Source: Balanoglossus misakiensis
Taxonomy: Eukaryota; Animalia; Hemichordata
Assembly (NCBI GenBank): GCA_040954595.2
Contig: CM082591.2
Location: 8,050,047 to 8,114,046 of the forward strand
Length of the DNA: 64,000 nt
Reading direction: 5' to 3'
Numbering within the stretch: position 1 is the first letter of the stretch; every line of letters begins with the position of its first letter. This document shows, piece by piece, positions 49,901-62,727 of the stretch. The position numbers were made by a program, and so were the translations under genes. Below the pieces are notes generated by a model. It saw only the letters and a program-made list of their open reading frames with translations. It searched no databases and was not told the DNA's origin.

Positions 49901-52822
49901 TTATATTGCATCTTTAAAATTTATTTTGAAGTGTTTAGTGTTTCAGTGAAGTTTGCGCCTTTGTTATAAGCTTATAGTTACTATTTCTTTACTTGCAAGA
50001 GAGGATGTCTGTATAGTCTAGCCTAGTGCCAAAATGTAAAAATCAGAAATGTTAAATGTAAAACTAAAAATCAGAAACTTACTGTTCAGGAAGAATAGTT
50101 CCAGTTCATCAAACCTGGCTTGGTCATATGTAGCTATCAACTGTAGTGGAATTCCAGCTGTGTTGGCCTCTGTCATTTCATCTGTCATCAAGATTGGTTC
50201 TAATGCCTTGGCTAAACTTCTTGAATCTTCAAGACAGCTTCCCCGCAATCTGTAGAGATTATAAAGTCTACGCATATAGACTGTGATTTGCAGAGACCCT
50301 GTTTCCATATTTGTTATGTCCACTTTCCCCAGTTTATCAGTGCAGGCTTTCTTGACTTTGTTGATGTCATCACCGTTGGTTACCACTTCAGCTGCTCTTC
50401 TCTCCAACCCCTGTTTGCATTTGTCCCAAGATGCAGAAGCTGCCTGCTGCATTGCCTCGTTCGGTGCTTCGTCTCGTAGATGCTGCTGATAGGCATTTTC
50501 ATCCAGTCTGAGATGAAATGAAATGGTTGTGTCTTCATGGTTTTCTGTGTTTTGTAGCAGCTCTGCTGTCATACTTGTATCCGTTTCATCCAATTCCTTA
50601 ATGTGGACTTTCGTGGCTTGTTGGTTTGTGTCATTCAATGCTTCTTCTGCTGTTCTCTTTGCTGGTGGTTGACTTGGTGTCTGCTGCTCTGCTGTTGCTG
50701 TATTTTGTTGATGGCTATCTCCATCTGGCTGGACTGGAACTGCAATTGCTGTTTCAGAATGGTAGAAGTACATAAGCTGTATGACATGTTTGAAGCAAAC
50801 TCATTGTTTGAATGATTAGCTGGCTAAAAAAAGTTTAAACTGATAATAGAACACAAAATATCATATACAATGTAGCTCATACTGGTATATACCTCATATA
50901 CCAGTGCATTTAGATCTGGTCTTTCAACAGCAACAAAATAGTACAGTTGGGGTATTGTTATGGGGAAACTTAGAGCCACATAATTTATTAACATGCTGCA
51001 ACACTATCTGAATGAGGATTGAATTCAAAGTGCAGACATCCAGCCTTGAAGTTGAACAATAAAGAAAACTTAACCATGAATCCTTAACCAAACATAAGAT
51101 TACTTAAACTGTACCTGTTGCTTTTGTTGTTTCCTTACTGCATTGGTCATGTTCATCTTCCTGTTGTTTTCTTGCCTTTGGTGTCAACATACTGGCAAAT
51201 GTTGCATAACTCTTTTTGACATCTTCACTCTCCATGAAAGCCTTCTTCAGCTCCTTAGCTTCTTCAAAAGCTATTCTGGTCTTCTTGACACTCCATATTA
51301 TCTTCTCCGAAATCTTATCAGATGAGTGTGAAACTACAAATCTGTCTGCGTAGTATGGAAAGTATTTCTTGATGAACTTTCCAAGCTGGGAATATTCAGT
51401 GGGATAGGTTGGTGTTCCGGATGCTACACCTTCTAAACCACTAAATCCATATTCGACACTGAAAGGTGGTGGAAGGCAAATGTCAGATTGACAAAGTGAT
51501 CTCCTTAAGGTCTTTGCCGAGTAAGCAGGGAGAAGATGTGCCTTTACGTGATCGCTGTTTATCTGCTGTAGGAGATATTTTCGTTCAGCATGACCTGCTT
51601 GTCGAGAAGCTCCCTGTACTGACCATTTCAGAAGTTTGTCATAAACATCTTTCAGTACTTTTGCTGCACTTCCAATAGAAGCTGCTAGTGTCTCACATCT
51701 GTCCAGGGTTTCTTGGGTATCAATCTGTCCGTATGTCAGTATGCTGTGAGTTGTCACTTCATCTGGTAACTTTGGGTCCATCTTGAAAAAGACTTCAGCA
51801 GGTTTGGGTAAAATCTCTGCATGAGGGATCATGTGTAGTTCCCTGTCATCAAAGGTAGCCCGGTATTCGTTCTGGAAATGCTCATACACACTTGGACCAA
51901 TTGAGAATATTATGTCAGCTTCACTGGCCATCTTCAGCATCATTTCACTGAACTTTTCTGTTGATAATCCCAGCAGACAGTTATCATCTTCATAGGCATG
52001 GTTGATCATCACTAGTTCTGCACCTGGAAATACTTTCTCTCTGATGTCTGCAGCAGCGAGGAAAGTCTTGGGAGCATAACCAACAACATGCTGGATGTTT
52101 ACAAGCTTTTGTAAGTCAGGATAGTAGATTTTATGATACATCAACCACTTTAATTCTGGCTTGTCTTCATCTGGGTCGATTCTTCCCTGTCTTTGTGCTG
52201 GAATCAATTTAACCCGACACTTGGCAGCATCTGCCTTCTGGTCATCACTGGCTTTGACACCAACAAAGGTGGTGTAGGCTTGAACAGGAGTTCCTTCTTC
52301 ATCTTTCCTTGCACAGAAATCTTGTACAAGAATTCTGTGAAACCCAGTCAAGCCACAATCTTCTTTGTTCCATTCATCATGCACAAACAATACTCCAGGA
52401 GGTGGATCTGGAAGATGGAGTTGATGAAGTTTGGCTTCAGGGAAGAGACTTGCGTGAATTGCTTTGGCTGCATTGTGTGTCTGTGGAGAATATCCGACTA
52501 CATGTTGGATGTTTTGCAGGTCCTTCAGGTCTGGAAAGTAGTTAATATGGTTAAAAAGCCAATGTACTCCAGGGGGATCTTCAAGAGGGTCTGCCCACTT
52601 GTTTCTTGTAGCTGGGATCAAAGTAGCACCAACACTCTTTGCATCTTTCTTTTGTTCTTCACTCACTTCAACTTCAAGGGTAGTACATTGGAATTCAGAA
52701 ACGTTCTCAGACACGAGTGTGTTTTCTTGGAGATGTTTGATTATAGCTTGAGTTGGTTGGGAGGTCTTTGCCTCCTTGTCCCATGATTTCAATACAACCA
52801 GTGCTGCAGATGGTTCTGACAT
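40128..52822 (-). CDS. Paralogue B: same architecture (about 2550 aa, 8 coding exons)
   Basis: Exons 52822-51115, 50748-50083, 49455-49376, 48517-48439, 48223-47963, 46894-46358, 46033-42530, 40945-40128. Total 7653 nt, in frame; splice sites as in A. Confidence 0.8.
42530..46033 (-). CDS. B exon 7: 36-aa coding minisatellite, about 31.5 units
   Basis: 3504 nt, equal to the A exon plus exactly 24 x 108 nt; frame uninterrupted. Confidence 0.85.
47014..47534. mobile_element. MITE with ~88-bp TIRs and a nested ~170-bp palindrome (B-specific)
   Basis: AACGGTTAGGATTAGTGTTGGCA...ACTAGCCC vs GGGCTAGT...TGCCAACACAAATCCTAACCGTT. Inner palindrome 47103-47273. Absent from the A intron near 14260. Confidence 0.85.
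48574..49248. mobile_element. Subterminal-hairpin element (B-specific)
   Basis: Hairpin 48574-48716; ATAATTA on both sides; empty site in A near 15850; inverted relative at 55435-56110. Confidence 0.88.
49490..49787. mobile_element. Subterminal-hairpin element (B-specific)
   Basis: Hairpin about 49661-49782; empty site in A near 16095. Confidence 0.85.
51115..52822 (-). CDS. B exon 1: one partial N-lobe repeat plus full GT4/GT-B-like domain
   Basis: Core nearly identical to A; one ~140-aa repeat fewer. Confidence 0.85.
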
Positions 52823-53423
52823 TGTATTCCTATCAGGAAGAAGTATGGGCAAGGAAATATGTGAGATTGTAACAACTGTTTCTCTGAAGAGTGACTGTTT
52901 AAATTTTCATGCACATAGTCACATTGCAATACTGAGTAGGGAGCTAGAAGGTCAAGTGAGGTCACAGTGGATTAGAAATCAGGCTACAACATGTCTGATT
53001 AAATATTAACCAAATACTGCAATATATGACATCATGAGTGACCATACAAATACACAGTTTTACAAAATGTACTCATTACCATAATCATTATTTAGGATTT
53101 GTTTTTCAGTATTTGTTGTTATTACATCTAGTAAATAAAAGAATAAAGTGCTTTTCAGTGAGAACATGAAAGTGTTAAATTATGAGAATTTGAAGTTTGT
53201 AGACCTCCATATGACCAATGGCCAGGTTGAGTGGTACTTTGTAACTTGTGTAGCCTTTGTTATAGAATGGCGACAAAACATGTTGTTAATATACATGTAC
53301 AGTTATTCTACATGATTGACAGATTGATACTGTGGAAGGGCAGTGGAGCCTGGAAGGTCAAAAGAGGTCACACCGCGACAATATGTATGGTTTAAATGTT
53401 AACTATACTATAGGGTACATTAA

Positions 53424-53597
53424 AGGTATACGGTCACCTATACAAATTTAGCCACAGTTACCATGGTAAATCGAGATCTAACCAATCACAGATTTTCAGT
53501 GGGTGGCACACGCGAAAATAAAGCGTTCTTTAGAACACTCAAATACGCCATTTCAGCCATATATGGGCGTATGTAAATTGGAGGTGACCGTATACCT
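53424..53597. mobile_element. 174-bp MITE with TTAA target
   Basis: TTAA|AGGTATACGGTCACCT...AGGTGACCGTATACCT|TTAA. Confidence 0.88.
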
Positions 53598-53872
53598 TTA
53601 ACACCATGTCCAAATATAATGGACAGAATAGCTAAACCTTAATCTAAATTCTGTTATCATTACTAAAAAGGTGTGTGATCACAATCTATTCTTTGGTACC
53701 TTGTTATCTTATCAAATATTTGCAGTGTGCAGACCACAGTTACCAGCAGCATTTGTAAAGTTTAGGTTTAAACTGATCAATCAAAAGTGTTCTTGGGAGA
53801 AATATGTTGAAATGTCAATCATTACTTATTGATCAAAATTGACCTGCATGCAGTGCATTTAAAATAAGTTTC

Positions 53873-54330
53873 ATTATTATACATCTAGTGCCGAGAACAA
53901 TAGATTTTGGCGTGCAATAAAAAGCCGTACAGAACGGTACGTACGGAACGCGCGTTAAATAAGTTTTAGGTTTCAAGGCGCCCCAAACTCACCGTGTACA
54001 GGTATGCGTTGTTATGCGGACGGTTTCAAGGCGCCCCCACTCCAACGCACGTGCGCACACGTAAACAAAAAACAAAGATGTCTGCTCACTGAGTCAACTG
54101 AGCGGTTTTCTATCGATTGTATCGGCATTTTTGGCGTTTTGAAAGCCAAGTAACATGCAACACAAGAACTAACGGAGATGTAAGATGTATAATAATAAGG
54201 TTATTACGAAAATACCGCAAAGTATGCACTCGGACATTAGCGCAGCGCATCGCCCTCCGCTGCGCGTCGGGCGATACTGAGCGCTAATGTCCTCGTGCAT
54301 ACTTTGCGGTATTTTCGTAATAACCTCATA
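53873..54330. mobile_element. Subterminal-hairpin element
   Basis: Starts TTATTATAC; hairpin 54198-54326 (AGGTTATTACGAAAATACCGCAAAGTATGCAC...GTGCATACTTTGCGGTATTTTCGTAATAACCT). Confidence 0.75.
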
Positions 54331-55434
54331 TTCTTTCATTTTCAATTCATGTCTGGAAGGGAGCATTCAAAAAATTGACATGACAGCTTTTCCCCACACA
54401 AATTTAGCCGATTGGTGGGTACACACCACGTCTATTATTAATATTCATGAGTTTACTTTTCTTGTTATACGTACACTCTTATAACAATGGAAAATCTTGA
54501 GGATGGCTATTACATCAAGCTGACAACCCCCGCAAGTGTATGTCATGTACATAAACAAAAATAGTCTGGTGTGTGGAGCCGCCTCCCTTTTTTACAGGAA
54601 GTACTTTTGAAATATTTTTTTTGCTATCAGTCCACACTCATGATCAGTTTTGTGTCAGAATTATAGTCATCACAACATTTCGAGTAAGACTTTACCAGAA
54701 GAACTTGTTTTTGTTGTGGCTCTGATTGGGGCCGTTTTAAACTGGGGTTTGTTTGGCGACTTTTAAGACCACGGTCATGTCACATTTGCCATGCAGGGGA
54801 CTTGCAGGGGGCGGGGTAGACTCTATGGCAGTCGCTGTGCCTGTCGATAAGGAATGGAACTTTCGTTCGTACGACGCGCATTTCATTTTCAGTATCACAC
54901 AGTCTTGGAGCAAGACTAGGGGTGGGGGTGCTTGTTGACGGTACCGAGAGGAGTCGGCCAGTTTTAGTTTGTACTTCAGGCCAAATAGCGCAGTGCCAAC
55001 CCAATTTATCTCTTATAAACTTTATAAAATATAATACATTGTAACATTAAATTGTTCAGTCGGAGGATTTTTTTCATCATTCTGAGCAACACGGCGGCAG
55101 CATTTGGATTGCTCTTTCTCTAGGAAATCGCTCAAGCTTATAAAACATGAGGTCTGTGCAGCTCCACTCATCAGCTTCTCATCACTGTCCCTCACCTACC
55201 CAATCATTTCAAAGGGGTGATCAAGATGGCCAGAACAGCCAGTTTTAACCAACCAGGTTCAAGAACCTGAGAAAAGGTGCTAAAAGCATGCAATAGATAT
55301 ATTGACGAGATAAACATTGGGAAGAGTAGGATTAAAGGAGGTGTGACTGGTCCAACCTGTTCAGTTTTAGTGTGGGGCACGGCTGGAATGATAAAAATAA
55401 TGTTGCTTTCATAATTTTTACCAAGTTTCAGTAT

Positions 55435-56110
55435 TCATAATTATCATACATGCAATGCCTGTATTTGTCACTTTCTGTTGTTCTCACAGTGAAGATATTA
55501 TAAAGTATTTCACTCGGTGAAACTATTTTTGATAATGCGCTGAAATCATCACACAGCGTTGACTCAGTGATCAGCGCGAGAGTTCGCTGCGCGTGCGAGC
55601 GATGTACGGGGCATAGGACTCTAGTGGAGAGGGGTGTTGTAAAATTTGGTAATTAGAAGCTGTAATAAAGTTTTCAAAGCTGGCGGTTTTGTCATGTTGA
55701 ATGTAGCATTTTTACTTCTTCGGAATTCTCAATGCAAAATAATTGTTAACATGATATTTTGAAAGAGAACATAGACAATTGTATTTAGAATGAGGATGTG
55801 CCCATCAAAATGAAAGCTGCCAACCCCCTTAGAATAATACTACGGCCTACACGTTGATCACCTGAACGCATCGCCCTGTCTCACTTGGCTATGGGCTACT
55901 GTCGTGATCCCTGGGCGCCCGGTTCAAATTTCTGGCCGTGAAATTGTTTTTCTCGGCGCATTTTCGCAAATCATACTGTTTTATAGGTAGGCATGTATGA
56001 TAAAGGGGTTATTACACAAATTTTGGTCGATAATGCGACGCATTCTCGTGATGTCCGTATTTTGACGAGTTGCGAAGCAACGAGTCAAAATACGATGCGT
56101 TATCGACCAT
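55435..56110. mobile_element. Inverted, slightly truncated copy of the 48574-49248 element
   Basis: Shared internal blocks and hairpin; end ATAATTATCATACATGC. Confidence 0.85.
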
Positions 56111-56639
56111 TAACAAAATAATAAATCATCAGCTCCAGTAGAACATACCTCTCAAAACGGTTGTTGCGGAGTGGTTGATTCCTTCCCTAGTTAGAGCTTC
56201 AATCCAGGTACATCTGAAATAAGTGATATTAGTCGCATGTAAATACAAATCCTAGACATTTTTCCTTTAGGTCTATTTTCAAGTTGACAAAAGTTTAGAG
56301 GCTTAATTGTGAAGTTATTCCAATAGAATTCTTTTTGTTGATGTCGGGTTCTATTAGTTGAAAATGAAAGAGGATGTGGCTCGAGTTTGAGGACTAAAAG
56401 AAAAAGACAGAAAATATCACCAAATATTCAATGTGACGTACGTACCTCTTAATGTCGTAACAGAGTGTTTGATTTCCTCACAAAGTAGAACTCTCCAGGT
56501 GAACAACTGAAGCTAAGGTCCCAAAAGTATCAAGAGCGTAAGTGCTCACCAGAGAAAAATGGCAGATAAAGTTGCTGATCGATCTACCAAGTGCTGTACA
56601 CTTGTCATGTGATCTGACTTTAAATACCTGTGTTTTACA

Positions 56640-57420
56640 AATGTATCACATACAGTCTGGACTCTGTCAAAGTTTAATTTCCATCGCGTCCATTTAGAAC
56701 ATGTCAGCAATTGAAATTCAGTTAACTTTGAAAATGTTTCAATGCAACTTCATAAACTAAAACTTTATCAAATGTTTACAATTTTTCTTGATGACTGAAA
56801 ATTTGTTATCTTCAGCTCAATTTAACCATAATTTTTTTTTATTCTGTTAAATTTCTCTTTGCTGTTTGTTGACAGGACAGAACTTTGGTTTAAAAGTTTA
56901 ATATGTAAGACCAGTTGTACATATACCACTGACACTGTTAACTTATCACGTCAATCTGGACTCTGTCAAAGTTTAATTTCCATCGCGTTCGTTTAGATCA
57001 TGTCAGCTCTTGAAATTCAGTATTTGAAAATGTTTCAATGCAACTTTATCATCTCCTACTCAATTTAACCATATATTTTTTTCTGTTAAATTTCTCTTTG
57101 CTGTTTGTTGACAGGACAGAACTTTGGTTTAAAAGTTTAATATGTAAGACCAGTTGTACATATACCACTGACACTGTTAACTTATCACGTCAGTCTGGAC
57201 TCTGTCAAAGTTTAATTGCCATCGCGTCCATTTGGAACATGTCAGCAATTGAAATTCAGTTAACTTTGAAACTGTTTCAATGGAACTTTATCATCTTCTA
57301 CTCAATTTAACCATTTATTTTTTCTGTTAAATTTTCCTTTGCTGTTTAATTGTTAACGGGACAGTTGGCTTGATGAGGTAAAGGTCAGATAAGACCAGTT
57401 GCACATATACCACTGTTAAC
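56640..57420. repeat. Three diverged ~240-300-bp tandem units
   Basis: TCTGGACTCTGTCAAAGTTTAATT at about 56656, 56955, 57194. Confidence 0.85.
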
Positions 57421-57924
57421 TGATTAAAATTTAGTCTTCGAAATTTAGAGCAAATATGGATAATATGAACAAGTTGTAAAATTTATAATTCAGCAAAAAA
57501 ATTTAATAGTATAGCAAAATTTACTTCTCACAAACAGTAATGGCCGCTGATCTATTTCAAACAATCAAGACAGTTTTTGATTGATGGTACTTTGTCAAAC
57601 ACTGAAGCAAGGATGAATGTCTACCATTTGATTTTATCAGTTTAGATATGCCAGGCTTTGCAGGTATTTTGTTTATTTTGTGATTTGTTCTGTGTTAATG
57701 TCATTCTGTCCCCAGAGATAATATCGTAGTTGATAAGCAAATGGTCTCTGAGTTTTGGACCTGTATATAACTGTACATTTCTCAAAAATGAAATAAATTG
57801 TACCTACCAGAGGCAAACATTAGATATTGGCAAAACAGGATTAAAGTGGCCCATGTAATTGTAATTGAAACATCTCCAAACGTGACTATCATTTCATAAA
57901 TAATGATTTATTTTATCCATTTAA

Positions 57925-58335
57925 GGATGTACGTTCAGTAAAATTGAAAGTATTGTCATGTTTTTAATTGTGGATTTTTTTATTCTCCTTTGTATGTATA
58001 ATGAAAATCCGTAATAAAATATAGGGGTCACCGCGCTTGTTTTTGAAATACAGAGCCATGAATTTGGTCGATAATAGAAGAAATCTGCTGACTCAGCATT
58101 TTTCACCAATGGTTTGTCTATGGGCAAAATTTTTAACTCAATTTATCTCAAAATAGAGCGCGGTGACCCCTATATTTTATTTGACCTATGAATTTATATT
58201 TGCTAGACTGAGCTATGTGTAAAATTTCGTGAAAATGACAATAGTAGAAGTTTGTTTTCTGGCGATTATCAATGTAATCCTATGGGAAAAAGACCGGGCG
58301 CACAGTGTTTCCGGTTTATGTTCTGCATAACATCC
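57925..58335. mobile_element. MITE with TTAA target (Kolobok-like)
   Basis: TTAA|GGATGT...ACATCC|TTAA, with internal inverted AATATAGGGGTCACCGCGCT / AGCGCGGTGACCCCTATATT. Confidence 0.75.
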
Positions 58336-58582
58336 TTAAGCACTGTCTCATTCACTCCTGGTGAAGTCACTCAGAACATTCAATTTAATTTCTCACAATG
58401 ATATTATTTTCCATTGCAGATTTTCAAAGGCTATGCAGGAGAGGACTGTAAATGTCTCACTGTCAATTTACTAATCTTGAATTTTTTTTTATTAAAGGAC
58501 TCATAGTTCATGTATGCTTACTGGTGGGTTCTAGGACAGCCACCCCCTGGACATCATATACCCACCAGGCATTTACTTACTA

Positions 58583-58900
58583 AATATGTATGACCATAAC
58601 ACTGACTCTACAATCTGCATGATTCGTCAATACGCCGTCACGTGACCTTCGTCATTTCGAACTGTTCCCTAGGGCATCATTTCGATCAGTTTCTGCCCGG
58701 TACTGTTGCCCCGCCTTGATATCATTCCATGTTTGGTGTGCCACAAAACACATGATGACTAACATATTCGGGCAACAGTGTATTTTTGATGACCTCGGGA
58801 CTGCCAGTCACACCAAAACAGTCTGTTTTAGTTGTGACTAGCAGCACCCTCGGTCATCAAAATACACTGTTGCCCCCATTGTCAGTCATCATGTGTATAC
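58583..58900. mobile_element. Subterminal-hairpin element
   Basis: Hairpin about 58748-58896 (ACACATGATGACT...GGGCAACAGTGTATTTT / AAAATACACTGTTGCCC...AGTCATCATGTGT). Confidence 0.7.
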
Positions 58901-59862
58901 TGTAGTATTAAACCACAATCTTATCTGACACTGTTTCATGTTGGTTGTGGGACAGCACAAATTCAAACACTTAACAAAATGTCCCTCACATATAAACCAA
59001 TTTTCCAAGCAAACTAGTCTGCTGTTCTTAACTTGTTGAGTTTTGATCATTTTCACATTTTCTCAACTCAAGTACATGCTTTTGATAGTGACTTAATCAT
59101 TTCAATAAAATCTTAATACAAGTCATTCAGGTGACATTATGCAACTTTTATCTACCAGATCTCCAGCACCAATGCCATCACAGCTGTGCAGTCACATGAC
59201 CAAAATAAATAAACAACTTGGCAAATCCACCATCAGAAGAACACAGGAATAACAGAAAGAAAGTGAATATCTGATATAATGTGATATTTCAAATTGTTAT
59301 TTTAACAAACATTTTCGTATTACAAAGTTAACATTTAACGTTCAATTTTTCTGACATTAACAAAATGAAATGATTTACATAAATTTAATGTACACACACA
59401 TTGCCACTTTAAAGGGACAAAGTCTCTCTTTCACTGCCCTTTTTCCATTAATTATTCTTTGATACAAGACACTGTTTATGTTATTCTACATGTGGATATA
59501 TAGTGCATCAATGTTCGACCACACTCAACTTCTATCCTGTTTGAAGGATATGAGAGTAAAAATGAATACAAATGTTAATGGTAAACACTGATTTCCCTTA
59601 CAGGGACTAAATCATCCACTATGTTGCTAGTTTCATGACATCTTCTGTAATGAATGGTGTAACCAAATTTATCAGTAAAATTAATCTGTATTGCAATTTA
59701 TTTATTTATGATGTAAATGTCATGATCAAGACTGGTTGTAAATTTATGATTCTCGCATGGAAATAAAAAGAAATGACAAACCAGAAATTGTTTTCTATGT
59801 TTTAATTTGGTTTGTATGTAATGAATTTGATTGTCCTTGTCATCATATCCGTGCTGCAGTTG

Positions 59863-60766
59863 TTAGATCGACGGATTGTTCTAAAATATCCATGGATGCT
59901 TCCAATCACCGTCTCATCATTTGCATATTCCGTTGTGATGCGTAGAACACGTAGGCCTGAGCGAAAAAGAAAGTTTTCCGGTAGACTCTGTAGATCGATG
60001 TTTTGTTCTAAAATATCCATGGATGCTTCCAAACACCGTCTTGTCATTTGCATATTCCGTTGCGATGCGTAGAACACGTAGGCCTGAGCGAAAAAGAAAG
60101 TTTTCCGGTAGACTCTGTAGATCGACGTTTTGTTCAAAAATATCCATGGATGCTTCCAAACACCGTCTCGTCATTTACATATTCCGTTGTGATGCGTAGA
60201 TCACATAGGCCTGAGCGAAAAAGAAAGTTTTCCGATAAACTGTGTAGATCGACATTTTGTTCAAAAATATCCATGGATGCTTCCAAACACCGTCTCCTTA
60301 TTTGCATATTCCGTTGTGATGCGTAGAACACATAGGCCTGAGCGAAAAAGATAGTTTTCCGGTAGACTCTGTAGATCGACGTTTTGTTCAAAAATATCCA
60401 TGGATGCTTCCAATCGCCGTCTCATCATTTGCATATTCCGTTGTGATGCGTAGAACACATAGGCCTGAGCGAAAAAGAAAGTTTTCCGATAAACTCTGTA
60501 GATCGTCGTTTTGTTCTAAAATATCCATGGATGCTTCCAAACACCGTCTCGTTATTTGCATATTCCGTTGTGATGCGTAGAACACATAGGCCTGAGCGAA
60601 AAAGAAAGTTTTCCGGTAGACTCTGTAGATCGACGTTTTGTTCTAAAATATCCATGGATGCTTCCAAACACCGTCTCGTTATTTGCATATTTCGTTGTGA
60701 TGCGTAGAACACATAGGCCTGAGCGAAAAAGAAAGTTTTCCGGTAGACTCTGTAGATCGACGTTTT
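59863..60766. repeat. 127-bp tandem minisatellite, about 7 copies
   Basis: TAGATCGACGTTTTGTTC...GACTCTG with period 127. Confidence 0.95.
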
Positions 60767-61546
60767 ATCAATACCATTAAAAGTGTTGTAGTTACTTCAA
60801 GCGTTAGGACTAGTTTATCCGAGAAAGGGGACGTAAACTTAAATATCTTCCAAGAAATTAGGTGCACGTCACATTGTTTCTTACTCAATTACTAGGAGAA
60901 GGATTATTCTTAAAATGTCATATTTCAAGCATTATTTACGGTATTAATGAGGCCACACCGACCCTTTGTCCTTTTGTCGTCAATTTTTTGAGACAGCCAA
61001 GAAGTATGCCCGCGTGCAGTCGTGCGAGAAGAAAAAAGTGCAGTTTCATGTGATATGTCAAGGTCGCTTTCTGCGAAGTTTCAGTGTAAGTTGTACTATT
61101 ATTAGTTTTGCGAAATCTTGCTCATCATTTTGATTAGCTCCATGATTTTTTTAACAAGTTTCTTAAAATTTGACGAATTCTTGAAATTTGTCGAAGTTAG
61201 TATCATTTTTGAGTGTTGTGATGTGATGAGATGTGATGTACAAGCATGGAGGTCTCCATGGTACAAGTTAGTTCTGACCACCTCGTTTTGAGTATTCACC
61301 ACTGCGCAGAAAAACACATCAGCATAGGCAGGTCGATAAGTGACTTATTTCAAAGTCCAGTGTCTATCGATCGCGAGCGAGTCCTTCAGAATGTCATAGT
61401 GAAAACTGACCAGATGACAGTCAGCTATTTTTAGCAATCCAGTACGTTAATCCGACTTAATCCGCCAACTTTCAAACTAAGTTATGAAAACGGGAATTGT
61501 ATCAGCACTCTCAATTTTGAAAATGCAAAGAAAGATGGTTGAAGTA

Positions 61547-62727
61547 CAATCTGATTAAAATCAGATGTAGGGAACGGCGACGTGGTTTTTTTATGCTGTC
61601 GCCTCATATTATTACGGCCGCCCGCCGTCCTTCGGACGCTCACCTCCTTCGGACGCTTCTGTGGGGAATCAGCCACGTCCGAAGGTTGACGGCGTACATT
61701 CTCTCCATCTCCTTCTCCACCCAACATATTCATAAAGTCCGAGAGAGGTACCCGGCAGATCGTAAACCTTTCGTAGACAGAGACTTGCAACAAGTTTTCC
61801 GAGTAACACAAAGTTCTGGTTTATTACTGGCCACACGTAAGAATTACACGACTCGTTCCATGCTCATTGACTCTCATCACGGATCTCCCGTTATAAACGT
61901 GTGATCTCAAATTTCACCACACCTTATTAATACGTTAGTCAAGTATTAAGTCATAAAAGGAACACGTCATCTTAATATTTCTTAAACATGAACTTAGCGC
62001 GTGATATCTCTATCTCGTTCTGACATGTATCAATTACACAATCTCGTTTACTCTGGGTGAAGTACCTATATATGTCAATACTGGACTAATATCATACAAG
62101 TGAATGACTTCTTACGTAAGATCTATGATCGTTAAAACTCAATCGTGACACTTCCCACTTTTCCAATAATCGAACTTCCACGTTCGATCAAAGGAAGAAT
62201 GAAAACGAAAACCAGGTCTGCGCTATCGGTTTTAAATACACTACGTCAAAATCAAACTCAATAATCACCTTTAAAATATCACAGCCTGTTCAAACAAATT
62301 AAAGAAAATCGCATAAAACGTTTTCAATGTCAAAATTCAAAACGACTTCACTGTTCTGACTTCTCGTCAAAGAGTGTCTCTTTTCCAGTGCAAAATTCAA
62401 CAGTCAATAACCGCGTAAAAAATCAAGTCTGATAGTTCTTGTGTACAAACATAATACACTTCATCATACTGTCACGTTCAAAAATAACCACGACAATGGA
62501 AACGAATTCTTATGTGAAAGGATGTGTAAGACTACAATAAAATCACGCTTAACTTCAACTACACTCTGGGACTTCTCTCTTGTCCCTCGTATGAACTCAC
62601 ATGCCAACTCAAAGGGCCATTTTCATACGCCAGACCGTCTCCCTTGCGGTCATTAAAACATCACGAAATGTCGCAGCACAAAAAAAAAACACGTCGCCGT
62701 TCCCTACATCTGATTTTAATCAGATTG
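61547..62727. mobile_element. 1181-bp non-autonomous TIR transposon with 9-bp TSD (Mutator/MULE-like)
   Basis: Perfect 38-bp TIR CAATCTGATTAAAATCAGATGTAGGGAACGGCGACGTG; TSD GTTGAAGTA at 61538-61546 and 62728-62736. Confidence 0.92.

Noticed and set aside
3490-53263. A and B as haplotypes falsely assembled in tandem
   Set aside because: Not formally excluded without read depth, but the strongly diverged upstream regions and many independent insertions favour true paralogues. The NHL hypervariability would remain notable even if allelic.
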